Source: Eledone cirrhosa (Eukaryota). From it: a stretch of DNA of 64,000 nucleotides. Location of the stretch: positions 324,632,001 to 324,696,000 of the forward strand of contig OZ024743.1 in assembly GCA_964016885.1 (NCBI GenBank), given 5' to 3'. Under the pieces are notes generated by a model. It had not been told where the DNA came from. It made no database searches and saw only the letters and a list, made by a program, of their open reading frames with translations. Both the position numbers and the translations under genes were made by a program. Shown here one piece after another: positions 1 through 16,960 of the stretch (position 1 is its first letter; each line of letters starts with the position of its first letter).

Positions 1-3000
1 CCACCACTACCAATACCACAAGTACTACCACCACTACCAATACCACAAGTACTACCACCACTACCAATACCATAAGTACTACCACCACTACCGATACCAC
101 TAGTACTACCACCACTACCAATACCACTAGTACTACCACCCACTACCAATATCACAAGTACTACCACCACTACCAATACCACAAGTACTACCACCACTAC
201 CAATACAAGAAGTAGTCCCACCACTACCAATACCACAAGTACTACCACCACTACCAATACCACAAATACTACCACCACTACCAATACCACAAGTACTACC
301 ACCACTACTAATATCACAAGTACTACCACCACTACCAATACCACAAGTACTACCACCACTACCAATACCACAAGTACTACCACCACTACTAATATCACAA
401 GTGCTACCACCACTACCAATACCACAAGTACTACCACCACTACCAGTACCACAAGTACTACCACCACTACCAATACCACAAGTACTATCACCACTACCAA
501 TGCCACAAGTACTACCACTACTACCAGTACCACAAGTACTACCACCACTACCAATACCACTAGTACTACCACCACTACCAATATCACAAGTACTACCACC
601 ACTAACAATACCACAAGTACTACCACCACTACCAATAATACAAGTACTACCACCACTACCAATACCACAAGTACTACCACCACTACCAGTATCACAAGTA
701 ACACCACCACTACCAATACCACAAGTACTACCACCACTACCAATATCACAAGTACTACCACCACTACCAATACAATTACCAATACCACAAGTACCACCAC
801 CACTACCAATACCATAAGTACTACCACAACTACCAATACCACTAGTACTACCACCACTACCAATACCACTAGTACTATCACCCACTACCAATATCACAAG
901 TACTACCACCACTACCAATACCACAAGTACTACCACCAATACCAATACCACAAGTAGTCCCACCACTACCAATACGACAAGTACTACCACCACTACCAAT
1001 ACCACTAGTTCTACCACCACTACCAATACCACAAGTACTACCACCACTACCAATACCACAAGTACTACCACCACTACCTATATCACAAGTAATACCACCA
1101 CTACCAATACCACAAGTACTACCACCACTACTAATATCACAAGTACTACCACCACTACCAATACCATAAGTACTACCACCACTACCGATACCACTAGTAC
1201 TACCACCACTACCAATACCACTAGTACTACCACCCACTACCAATATCACAAGTACTACCACCACTACCAATACCACAAGTACTACCACCACTACCAATAC
1301 AACAAGTAGTCCCACCACTACCAATACCACAAGTACTACCACCACTACCAATACCACAAGTACTACCACCACTACAATACCACAAGTACTACCACCGCTA
1401 CCAATGCCACAAGTACTACCACCACTACCAGTACCACAAGTACTACCACCACTACCAAAACCACAAGTACTACCACCACTACCAATACCACAAGTACTAC
1501 CACCACTACCAATACCACAAGTACTACCACCACTACCAATACCAGAAGTACTACCACCACTACCAATACCACTAGTACTACCACCACTACCAGTACCACA
1601 AGTACTACCACCACTAACAATACCACAAGTACTACAACCACTACCAATATCACAAGTACTACCAACACTACCAATACCACAAGTTCTACCACCACTACCA
1701 ATACCACAAGTACTACCACCACTACCAATACCACAAGTACTACCACCACTACCAATACCACAAGTACTACCACCACTACCAATATCACAAGTACTACCAC
1801 CACTACCAATACCACAAGTACTACCAACACTACAAATATCACAAGTACTACCACCACTACCAATACCACAAGTACTACCAGCACTACCAATATCACAAGT
1901 ACTGCCACAAATATCAATACCACAAGTACTACCACCACTACCAATACCACAAGTACTATCACCACTACCAATGCCACAAGTACTACCACCACTACCAGTA
2001 CCACAAGTACTACCACCACTACCAATAACAAAAGTATCACCACCACTAACAATACCACAAGTACTACCACCACTACCAATACCACAAGTACTATCACCAC
2101 TACCAATGCCACAAGTACTATCACCACTAACAATACCACAAGTACTACCACCACTACCAATACCACAAGTACTACCACCACTAATAATATCACAAGTACT
2201 ACCACCACTACAATACCACAAGTACTATCACCACTACCAATGCCACAAGTACTAACACCACTACCAGTACCACAAGTACTACCACCACTACCAATACCAC
2301 AACTACTACCACCACTACCAAAACCACAAGTACTACCACCACTACCAATACCACAAGTACTACCACCACTACCAAAATCACAAGTACTACCACCACTACC
2401 AATACCACAAGTACTACCACCACTACCAATACCACAAGTACTACCACCACTACCAATACCACAAGTACTACCACCACTACCAATACCACAAGTACTACCA
2501 CCACTACCAATACCACAAGTACTACCACCACTACCAATACCACAAGTACTACCACCACTACCAATATCACAAGTACTACCACCACTACCAATACCACAAG
2601 TACTACCACCACTACCAATACCACAAGTACTACCACCACAAACAATACCACAAGTACTACAACCACTACCAATATCACAAGTACTACCACCACTACCAAT
2701 ACCACAAGTACTACCACCACTACCAATACCACAAGTACTACCAACACTACCAATACCACAAGTTCTACCACCACTACCAATACCACAAGTACTACCACCA
2801 CTACCAATATCACAAGTACTACCACCACTACCAATACCACTACCAATACCACAAGTACTACCACCATTACCAATACCATAAGTACTACCACCACTACCAA
2901 TACCACTAGTACTACCACCACTACCAATACCACTAGTACTACCACCCACTACCAATATCACAAGTACTACCACCACTACCAATACCACAAGTACTACCAC

Positions 3001-3899
3001 CACTACCCATACCACAAGTAGTCCCACCACTACCAATACCACAAGTATTACCACCAATACCAATACCACTAGTACTACCACCACTACCAATACCACTAGT
3101 GCTACCACCACTACCAATACCACAAGTACTACCACCACTACCAATACCACAAGTACTACCACCAATACCACAAGTACTACCACCACTACTAATATCACAA
3201 GTACTACCACCACTACCAATACCACAAGTACTACCACCACTACCAATACCACAAGTACTACCACCAATACCACAAGTACTACCACCACTACCAATACCAC
3301 AAGTACTACCACCACTACCAATACCATAAGTACTACCACCACTACCAATACCACAAGTACTACCACAAATATCAATACCACAAGTACTACCACCACTACC
3401 AATACCACAAGTACTACCACCACTACCAATACCACAAGTACTATCACCACTACCAATGCCACAAGTACTACCACTACTACCAATATCACAAGTACTACCA
3501 CCACTACCAATAACATTACCAATACCACAAGTACCACCACCACTACCAATACCATAAGTACTACCACAACTACCAATACCACTAGTACTACCACCACTAC
3601 CAATACCACTAGTACTATCACCCACTACCAATATCACAAGTACTACCACCACTACCAATACCACAAGTACTACCACCAATACCAATACCACAAGTAGTCC
3701 CACCACTACCAATACGACAAGTACTACCACCACTACCAATACCACTAGTTCTACCACCACTACCAATACCACAAGTACTACCACCACTACCAATACCACA
3801 AGTACTACCACCACTACCTATACCACAAGTAATACCACCACTACCAATACCACAAGTACTACCACCACTACTAATATCACAAGTACTACCACCACTACA

Positions 3900-6800
3900 A
3901 ATACCACAAGTACTACCACCACTACAATACCACAAGTACTATCACCACTACCAATGCCACAAGTACTACCACCACTACCAGTACCACAAGTACTACCACC
4001 ACTAACAATACCACAAGTACTACAACCACTACCAATATCACAAGTACTACCAACACTACCAATACCACAAGTTCTACCACCACTACCAATACCACGAGTA
4101 CTACCACCACTACCAATATCACAAGTACTACCACCACTACCAATACCACTACCAATATCACAAGTACTACCACCACTACCAATACCATAAGTACTACCAC
4201 CACTACCAATACTACTAGTACTACCACCACTACCAATACCACTAGTACTACCACCCACTACCAATATCACAAGTACTACCACCACTACCAATACCACAAG
4301 TACTACCACCACTAGCAATACCACAAGTAGTCCCACCACTACCAATACCACAAGTATTACCACCAATACCAATACCACTAGTACTACCACCACTACCAAT
4401 ACCACAAGTACTACCACCACTACCAATACCACAAGTACTACCACCACTACCAATACCACAAGTCCTACCACCACTACTAATATCACAAGTACTACCACCA
4501 CTACCAATACCACAAGTACTACCAACACTACCAATACCCCAAGTACTACCACCACTACCAATACCACTAGTACTACCACCACTACCAATACCACAAGTAA
4601 TACCACCACTACCAATACCACAAGTACTACCACCACTACCAATACCACAAGTACTATCACCACTAACAATACCACAAGTACTACCACCACTACCAATATC
4701 ACAAGTACTACCACCACTACAATACCACAAGTACTACCACCACTACCAATACCACAAGTACTACCACCACTACCAATACCACAAGTACAACCACCACTAT
4801 CAATAACAAAAGTACCACCACCACTACCAATACCACAAGTACTACCACCACTACCAATACCACAAGTACTATCACCACTAACAATATCACAAGTACTACC
4901 ACCACTACCAATACCACAAGTACTACCACCACTACCAATACCACAAGTACTACCACCACTACCAATACCACAAGTACTACCACCACTACCAATACCACAA
5001 GTACTACCACCACTACCAATACCACAAGTACTATCACCACTAACAATACCACAAGTACTACCACCACTACCAATACCACAAGTACAACCACCACTATCAA
5101 TAACAAAAGTACCACCAACACTACCAATACCACAAGTACTACCACCAGTAACAATGCCACAAGTACTACCACCACTACAAGTACTACCACCACTACCAAT
5201 ACCACAAGTACTACCACCACTACCAGTATCACAAGTACCACCACCACTACCAATACCACAAGTAGTACCACCACTACCAATAACACAAGTACTACCACCA
5301 CTACCAATACCACAAGTACAACCACCACTAACAATACCACAAGTACTACCACCACTACCAATACCACTAGTACTACCACCACTACCAATACCACTAGTAC
5401 TACCACCACTACCAATACCACAAGTACTACCACCACTACCAATACCACAAGTACTGCCACCACTACCAATACCACAAGTACTACCACCACTACCAATGTC
5501 ACAAGTACTACCACCACTAACAATACCACTAGTACTACCACCACTACCAATACCACAAGTACTACCACCACTACCAATACCACAAGTACTACCACCACTA
5601 CCAATACCACAAGTACTACCACCACTACCAATACCACAAGTACTACCACCACTACCAATACCACAAGTACTACCACCACTACCAATACCACAAGTACTAC
5701 TACCACTACCAATACCACAAGTACTACCACCACTACCAATACCACAAGTACTACCACCACTACCAATACCACTAGTACTACCACCACTACCAATACCACA
5801 AGTACTACCACCACTACCAATACCACAAGTACTACCACCACTACCAATACCACAAGTACTACCACCACTACAATACCACAAGTACTATCACCACTACCAA
5901 TGCCACAAGTACTACCACCACTACCAGTACCACAAGTACTACCACCACTAACAATACCACAAGTACTACAACCACTACCAATATCACAAGTACTACCAAC
6001 ACTACCAATACCACAAGCTCTACCACCACTACCAATACCACAAGTACTACCACCACTACCAATATCACAAGTACTACCACCACTACCAATACCACTACCA
6101 ATATCACAAGTACTACCACCACTACCAATACCATAAGTACTACCACCACTACCAATACTACTAGTACTACCACCACTACCAATACCACTAGTACTACCAC
6201 CCACTACCAATATCACAAGTACTACCACCACTACCAATACCACAAGTACTACCACCACTAGCAATACCACAAGTAGTCCCACCACTACCAATACCACAAG
6301 TATTACCACCAATACCAATACCACTAGTACTACCACCACTACCAATACCACAAGTACTACCACCACTACCAATACCACAAGTACTACCACCACTACCAAT
6401 ACCACAAGTCCTACCACCACTACTAATATCACAAGTACTACCACCACTACCAATACCACAAGTACTACCAACACTACCAATACCACAAGTACTACAACCA
6501 CTACCAATACCACTAGTACTACCACCACTACCAATACCACAAGTACTACCACCACTACCAATACCACAAGTACTACCACCACTACCAATACCACAAGTAC
6601 TATCACCACTAACAATACCACAAGTACTACCACCACTACCAATATCACAAGTACTACCACCACTACAATACCACAAGTACTACCACCACTACCAATACCA
6701 CAAGTACTATCACCACTAACAATACCACAAGTACTACCACCACTACCAATACCACAAGTACAACCACCACTATCAATAACAAAAGTACCACCACCACTAC

Positions 6801-9800
6801 CAATACCACAAGTACTACCACCACTACCAATACCACAAGTACTATCACCACTAACAATATCACAAGTACTACCACCACTACCAATACCACAAGTACTACC
6901 ACCACTACCAATACCACAAGTACTACCACCACTACCAATACCAGAAGTACTACCACCACTACCAATACCACAAGTACTACCACCACTACCAATACCACAA
7001 GTACTATCACCACTAACAATACCACAAGTACTACCACCACTACCAATACCACTAGTACTACCACCACTACCAATACCACAAGTAATACCACCACTACCAA
7101 TACCACAAGTACTACCACCACTACCAATACCACAAGTACTATCACCACTAACAATACCACAAGTACTACCACCACTACCAATATCACAAGTACTACCACC
7201 ACTACAATACCACAAGTACTACCACCACTACCAATACCACAAGTACTATCACCACTAACAATACCACAAGTACTACCACCACTACCAATACCACAAGTAC
7301 AACCACCACTATCAATAACAAAAGTACCACCACCACTACCAATACCACAAGTACTACCACCACTACCAATACCACAAGTACTATCACCACTAACAATATC
7401 ACAAGTACTACCACCACTACCAATACCACAAGTACTACCACCACTACCAATACCACAAGTACTACCACCACTACCAATACCACAAGTACTACCACCACTA
7501 CCAATACCACAAGTACTACCACCACTACCAATACCACAAGTACTATCACCACTAACAATACCACAAGTACTACCACCACTACCAATACCACAAGTACAAC
7601 CACCACTATCAATAACAAAAGTACCACCACCACTACCAATACCACAAGTACTACCACCACTACCAATACCACAAGTACTATCACCACTAACAATATCACA
7701 AGTACTACCACCACTACCAATACCACAAGTACTACCACCACTACCAATACCACAAGTACTACCACCACTACCAATACCACAAGTACTACCACCACTACCA
7801 ATACCACAAGTACTACCACCACTACCAATACCACAAGTACTATCACCACTAACAATACCACAAGTACTACCACCACTACCAATACCACAAGTACTACCAC
7901 CAGTAACAATGCCACAAGTACTACCACCACTACAAGTACTACCACCACTACCAATACCACAAGTACTACCACCACTACCAGTATCACAAGTACCACCACC
8001 ACTACCAATACCACAAGTAGTACCACCACTACCAATAACACAAGTACTACCACCACTACCAATACCACAAGTACAACCACCACTAACAATACCACAAGTA
8101 CTACCACCACTACCAATACCACTAGTACTACCACCACTACCAATACCACTAGTACTACCACCACTACCAATACCACAAGTACTACCACCACTACCAATAC
8201 CACAAGTACTGCCACCACTACCAATACCACAAGTACTACCACCACTACCAATGTCACAAGTACTACCACCACTAACAATACCACTAGTACTACCACCACT
8301 ACCAATACCACAAGTACTACCACCACTACCAATACCACAAGTACTACCACCACTACCAATACCACAAGTACTACCACCACTACCAATACCACAAGTACTA
8401 CCACCACTACCAATACCACAAGTACTACCACCACTACCAATACCACAAGTACTACTACCACTACCAATACCACAAGTACTACCACCACTACCAATACCAC
8501 AAGTACTACCACCACTACCAATACCACTAGTACTACCACCACTACCAATACCACAAGTACTACCACCACTACCAATACCACAAGTACTACCACCACTACC
8601 AATACCACAAGTACTACCACCACTACAATACCACAAGTACTATCACCACTACCAATGCCACAAGTACTACCACCACTACCAGTACCACAAGTACTACCAC
8701 CACTAACAATACCACAAGTACTACAACCACTACCAATATCACAAGTACTACCAACACTACCAATACCACAAGCTCTACCACCACTACCAATACCACAAGT
8801 ACTACCACCACTACCAATATCACAAGTACTACCACCACTACCAATACCACTACCAATATCACAAGTACTACCACCACTACCAATACCATAAGTACTACCA
8901 CCACTACCAATACTACTAGTACTACCACCACTACCAATACCACTAGTACTACCACCCACTACCAATATCACAAGTACTACCACCACTACCAATACCACAA
9001 GTACTACCACCACTAGCAATACCACAAGTAGTCCCACCACTACCAATACCACAAGTATTACCACCAATACCAATACCACTAGTACTACCACCACTACCAA
9101 TACCACAAGTACTACCACCACTACCAATACCACAAGTACTACCACCACTACCAATACCACAAGTCCTACCACCACTACTAATATCACAAGTACTACCACC
9201 ACTACCAATACCACAAGTACTACCAACACTACCAATACCACAAGTACTACCACCACTACCAATACCACTAGTACTACCACCACTACCAATACCACAAGTA
9301 CTACCACCACTACCAATACCACAAGTACTACCACCACTACCAATACCACAAGTACTATCACCACTAACAATACCACAAGTACTACCACCACTACCAATAT
9401 CACAAGTACTACCACCACTACAATACCACAAGTACTACCACCACTACCAATACCACAAGTACTATCACCACTAACAATACCACAAGTACTACCACCACTA
9501 CCAATACCACAAGTACAACCACCACTATCAATAACAAAAGTACCACCACCACTACCAATACCACAAGTACTACCACCACTACCAATACCACAAGTACTAT
9601 CACCACTAACAATATCACAAGTACTACCACCACTACCAATACCACAAGTACTACCACCACTACCAATACCACAAGTACTACCACCACTACCAATACCAGA
9701 AGTACTACCACCACTACCAATACCACAAGTACTACCACCACTACCAATACCACAAGTACTATCACCACTAACAATACCACAAGTACTACCACCACTACCA

Positions 9801-10720
9801 ATACCACAAGTACAACCACCACTATCAATAACAAAAGTACCACCAACACTACCAATACCACAAGTACTACCACCAGTAACAATGCCACAAGTACTACCAC
9901 CACTACAAGTACTACCACCACTACCAATACCACAAGTACTACCACCACTACCAGTATCACAAGTACCACCACCACTACCAATACCACAAGTAGTACCACC
10001 ACTACCAATAACACAAGTACTACCACCACTACCAATACCACAAGTACAACCACCACTAACAATACCACAAGTACTACCACCACTACCAATACCACTAGTA
10101 CTACCACCACTACCAATACCACTAGTACTACCACCACTACCAATACCACAAGTACTACCACCACTACCAATACCACAAGTACTGCCACCACTACCAATAC
10201 CACAAGTACTACCACCACTACCAATGTCACAAGTACTACCACCACTAACAATACCACTAGTACTACCACCACTACCAATACCACAAGTACTACCACCACT
10301 ACCAATACCACAAGTACTACCACCACTACCAATACCACAAGTACTACCACCACTACCAATACCACAAGTACTACCACCACTACCAATACCACAAGTACTA
10401 CCACCACTACCAATACCACAAGTACTACTACCACTACCAATACCACAAGTACTACCACCACTACCAATACCACAAGTACTACCACCACTACCAATACCAC
10501 TAGTACTACCACCACTACCAATACCACAAGTACTACCACCACTACCAATACCACAAGTACTACCACCACTACCAATACCACAAGTACTACCACCACTACC
10601 AATATCACAAGTACTACCACCACTACCAATACCACAAGTACTACCACCACTACTAATATCACAAGTACTACCACCACTACAAATACCACAAGTACTACCA
10701 CCACTACAATACCACAAGTA
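3900..10720. repeat. Higher-order repeat of about 1.95 kb (about 72 monomers), about 3 copies, one expanded to 2,755 bp
   Basis: Diagnostic markers recur at fixed offsets. Offset 1,946: 3922/5868, 4248/6194, 4717/6663. Offset 2,755: 5154/7909, 5868/8623, 6194/8949, 6663/9418. Offset 1,973: 7909/9882. The 265-aa track ORFs at 5154 and 7909 are identical. Confidence 0.9.
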
Positions 10721-12529
10721 CTATCACCACTACCAATACCACAAGTACTACCACCACTACCAATACCACAAGTACTACCACCACTACCAATACCACAAGT
10801 ACTACCACCACTACCAATACCACAAGTACTACCACCACTACCAATACCACAAGTACTATCACCACTAACAATACCACTAGTACTACCACCACTACCAATA
10901 CCACTAGTACTACCACCCACTACCAATATCACGAGTACTACCACCACTACCAATACCACAAGTACTACCACCACTACCAATACCACAAGTAGTCCCTCCA
11001 CTACCAATACCATAAGTATTACCACCAATACCAATACCACTAGTACTACCACCACTACCAATACCACAAGTACTACCACCACTACCAATACCACAAGTAC
11101 TACCACCACTACCAATACCACAAGTACTACCACCACTACTAATATCACAAGTACTACCACCACTACCAATACCACAAGTACTACCAACACTACAAATATC
11201 ACAAGTACTACCACCACTACCAATACCACAAGTACTACCAGCACTACCAATATCACAAGTACTGCCACAAATATCAATACCACAAGTACTACCACCACTA
11301 CCAATACCACTAGTACTACCACCACTACCAATACCACAAGTACTACCACCACTACCAATAACACTAGTACTACCACCACTACCAATACCACAAGTACTAT
11401 CACCACTACCAATGCCACAAGTACTACCACCACTACCAGTACCACAAGTACTACCACCACTACCAATACCACAAGTACTACCACCACTACCAATACCACA
11501 AGTACTACCACCACTACCAATAACAAAAGTATCACCACCACTAACAATACCACAAGTACTACCACCACTACCAATACCACAAGTACTATCACCACTACCA
11601 ATGCCACAAGTACTATCACCACTAACAATACCACAAGTACTACCACCACTACTAATATCACAAGTACTACCACCACTACAATACCACAAGTACTATCACC
11701 ACTACCAATGCCAGAAGTACTAACACCACTACCAGTACCACAAGTACTACCACCACTACCAATACCACAACTACTACCACCACTACCAAAACCACAAGTA
11801 CTACCACCTCTACCAATACCACAAGTACTACCACCACTACCAATATCACAAGTACTACCACCACTACCAATACCACTACCAATACCACAAGTACTACCAC
11901 CACAAACAATACCACAAGTACTACAACCACTACCAATATCACAAGTACTACCAACACTACCAATACCACAAGTTCTACCACCACTACCAATACCACAAGT
12001 ACTACCACCACTACCAATATCACAAGTACTACTACCACTACCAATACCACTACCAATACCACAAGTACTACCACCACTACCAATACCATAAGTACTACCA
12101 CCACTACCAATACCACTAGTACTACCACCACTACCAATACCACTAGTACTACCACCCACTACCAATATCACAAGTACTACCACCACTACCAATACCACAA
12201 GTACTACCCCCACTACCAATACCACAAGTACTACCACCACTACCAATACCACAAGTACTACCACCACTACCAATACCACAAGTACTACCACCACTACCAA
12301 TACCACAAGTATTACCACCAATACCAATACCACTAGTGCTACCACCACTACCAATACCACAAGTACTACCACCACTACCAATACCAAAAGTACTACCACC
12401 ACTACCAATACCACAAGTACTACCACCACTACTAATATCACAAGTACTACCACCACTACCAATACCACAAGTACTACCAGCACTACCAATATCACAAGTA
12501 CTACCACAAATATCAATACCACAAGTACT

Positions 12530-15500
12530 ACCACCACTACCAATACCACAAGTACTACCACCACTACCAGTACCACAAGTACTACCACCACTACCAATAC
12601 CACAAGTACTACCACCACTACCAATACCACAAGTACTACCACCACTACTAATATCACAAGTACTACCACCACTACCAATACCACAAGTACTACCACCACT
12701 ACCAATACCACAAGTACTACCACCACTACCAATACCACAAGTACTACCACCACTACTAATATCACAAGTACTACCACCACTACCAATACCACAAGTACTA
12801 CCACCACTACCAATACCACAAGTACTACCACCACTACCAATATCACAAGTACTACCACCACTACCAATACCACAAGTACTATCACCACTACCAATGCCAC
12901 AAGTACTACCACCACTACCAGTACCACAAGTACTACCACCACTACCAATAACAAAAGTACCACCACCACTAGCAGTACCACAAGTACTACCACCACTAAC
13001 AATACCACCAATACTACCACCACTAACAATACCACAAGTACTATCACCACTACCAATACCACAAGTACTACCACCACTACCAATGCCATAAGTACTACCA
13101 CCACTACCAATATCACAAGTACTACCACCACTACCAATACCACAAGTACTACCACCACTACCAATATCACAAGTACTACCACGACTACCAATACCACTAC
13201 CAATACCACAAGTACTACCACCACTACCAATACCATAAGTACTACCACCACTACCAATACCACTAGTACTACCACCACTACCAATACCACTAGTACTACC
13301 ACCCACTACCAATATCACAAGTACTACCACCACTACCAATAGCACAAGTACTACCACCACTACCAATACAACAAGTAGTCCCACCACTAGCAATACCACA
13401 AGTACTACCACCACTACCAATACCACAAGTACTACCACCACTACCAATACCACAAGTACTACCACCACTACCAATACCACAAGTACTACCACCACTACTA
13501 ATATCACAAGTACTACCACCACTACCAATAACAAAAGTACCACCAACACTACCAATACCACAAGTACTACCACCACTACCAATACCACAAGTACTACCAC
13601 CACTAACAATACCACAAGTACTACCACCACTACCAATAATACAAGTACCACCACCACTACCAATACCACAAGTACTACCACCACTACCAGTATCACAAGT
13701 AACACCACCACTACCAATACCACAAGTACTACCACCACTACCAATATCACAAGTACTACCACCACTACCAATACCACAAGTACCACCACCACTACCAATA
13801 CCATAAGTACTACCACAACTACCAATACCACTAGTACTACCACCACTACCAATACCACTAGTACTATCACCCACTACCAATATCACAAGTACTACCACCA
13901 CTACCAATACCACAAGTACTACCACCAATACCAATACCACAAGTAGTCCCACCACTACCAATACGACAAGTACTACCACCACTACCAATACCACTAGTAC
14001 TACCACCACTACCAATACCACAAGTACTACCACCATAACCAATACCACAAGTACTACCACCACTACCAATACCACAAGTACTACCACCACTACCTATACC
14101 ACAAGTAATACCACCACTACCAATACCACAAGTACTACCACCACTACTAATATCACAAGTACTACCACTACTACAAATACCACAAGTACTACCACCACTA
14201 CAATACCACAAGTACTATCACCACTACCAATGCCACAAGTACTACCACCACTACCAGTACCACAAGTACTACCACCACTACCAATACCACAAGTAGTCCC
14301 ACCACTACCAATACCACAAGTACTACCACCACTACCAGTACCACAAGTACTACCACCACTAACAATACCACAAGTACTACAACCACTACCAATATCACAA
14401 GTACTACCAACACTACCAATACCACAAGTTCTACCACCACTACCAATACCACAAGTACTACCACCACTACCAATATCACAAGTACTACCACCACTACCAA
14501 TACCACTACCAATATCACAAGTACTACCACCACTACCAATACCATAAGTACTACCACCACTACCAATACTACTAGTACTACCACCACTACCAATACCACT
14601 AGTACTACCACCCACTACCAATATCACAAGTACTACCACCACTACCAATACCACAAGTACTACCACCACTACCAATACCACTAGTACTACCACCCACTAC
14701 CAATATCACAAGTACTACCACCACTACCAATACCACAAGTACTACCACCACTACCAGTACCACAAGTACTACCACCACTACCAATACCACAAGTACTACC
14801 ACCACTACCAATACCACAAGTACTACCACCACTACTAATATCACAAGTACTACCACCACTACCAATACCACAAGTACTACCACCACTACCAATACCACAA
14901 GTACTACCACCACTACCAATACCACAAGTACTACCACCACTACTAATATCACAAGTACTACCACCACTACCAATACCACAAGTACTACCACCACTACCAA
15001 TACCACAAGTACTACCACCACTACCAATATCACAAGTACTACCACCACTACCAATACCACAAGTACTATCACCACTACCAATGCCACAAGTACTACCACC
15101 ACTACCAGTACCACAAGTACTACCACCACTACCAATAACAAAAGTACCACCACCACTACCAGTACCACAAGTACTACCACCACTAACAATACCACCAATA
15201 CTACCACCACTAACAATACCACAAGTACTATCACCACTACCAATACCACAAGTACTACCACCACTACCAATGCCATAAGTACTACCACCACTACCAGTAC
15301 CACAAGTACTACCACCACTACCAATAGCACAAGTACTACCACCACTACCAATACCACAAGTACTATCACCACTACCAATACCACAAGTACTACCACCACT
15401 ACCAATGCCATAAGTACTACCACCACTACCAATATCACAAGTACTACCACCACTACCAATACCACAAGTACTACCACCACTACCAATATCACAAGTACTA

Positions 15501-16960
15501 CCACGACTACCAATACCACTACCAATACCACAAGTACTACCACCACTACCAATACCATAAGTACTACCACCACTACCAATACCACTAGTACTACCACCAC
15601 TACCAATACCACTAGTACTACCACCCACTACCAATATCACAAGTACTACCACCACTACCAATACCACAAGTACTACCACCACTACCAATACAACAAGTAG
15701 TCCCACCACTACCAATACCACAAGTACTACCACCACTACCAATACCACAAGTACTACCACCACTACCAATACCACAAGTACTACCACCACTACCAATACC
15801 ACAAGTACTACCACCACTACTAATATCACAAGTACTACCACCACTACCAATAACAAAAGTACCACCAACACTACCAATACCACAAGTACTACCACCACTA
15901 CCAATACCACAAGTACTACCACCACTAACAATACCACAAGTACTACCACCACTACCAATAATACAAGTACCACCACCACTACCAATACCACAAGTACTAC
16001 CACCACTACCAGTATCACAAGTAACACCACCACTACCAATATCACAAGTACTACCACCACTACCAATACCACAAGTACCACCACCACTACCAATACCATA
16101 AGTACTACCACAACTACCAATACCACTAGTACTACCACCACTACCAATACCACTAGTACTATCACCCACTACCAATATCACAAGTACTACCACCACTACC
16201 AATACCACAAGTACTACCACCAATACCAATACCACAAGTAGTCCCACCACTACCAATACGACAAGTACTACCACCACTACCAATACCACTAGTACTACCA
16301 CCACTACCAATACCACAAGTACTACCACCACTACCAATACCACAAGTACTACCACCACTACCAATACCACAAGTACTACCACCACTACCTATACCACAAG
16401 TAATACCACCACTACCAATACCACAAGTACTACCACCACTACTAATATCACAAGTACTACCACCACTACAAATACCACAAGTACTACCACCACTACAATA
16501 CCACAAGTACTATCACCACTACCAATGCCACAAGTACTACCACCACTACCAGTACCACAAGTACTACCACCACTACCAATACCACAAGTAGTCCCACCAC
16601 TACCAATACCACAAGTACTACCACCACTACCAGTACCACAAGTACTACCACCACTAACAATACCACAAGTACTACAACCACTACCAATATCACAAGTACT
16701 ACCGACACTACCAATACCACAAGTTCTACCACTACTACCAATACCACAAGTACTACCACCACTACCAATATCACAAGTACTACCACCACTACCAATACCA
16801 CTACCAATATCACAAGTACTACCACCACTACCAATACCATAAGTACTACCACCACTACCAATACTACTAGTACTACCACCACTACCAATACCACTAGTAC
16901 TACCACCCACTACCAATATCACAAGTACTACCACCACTACCAATACCACTAGTACTACCA
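12530..16960. repeat. Higher-order repeat of about 2.3 kb (85-86 monomer lengths), 2 copies
   Basis: Offset 2,322 for 13296/15618. Offset 2,295 for 13867/16162, 14198/16493 and 14605/16900. Shared rare variants include AATACCACCAATACT (about 13001/15188), ACCACGACT (about 13178/15500) and AATGCCATAAGT. Confidence 0.9.
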
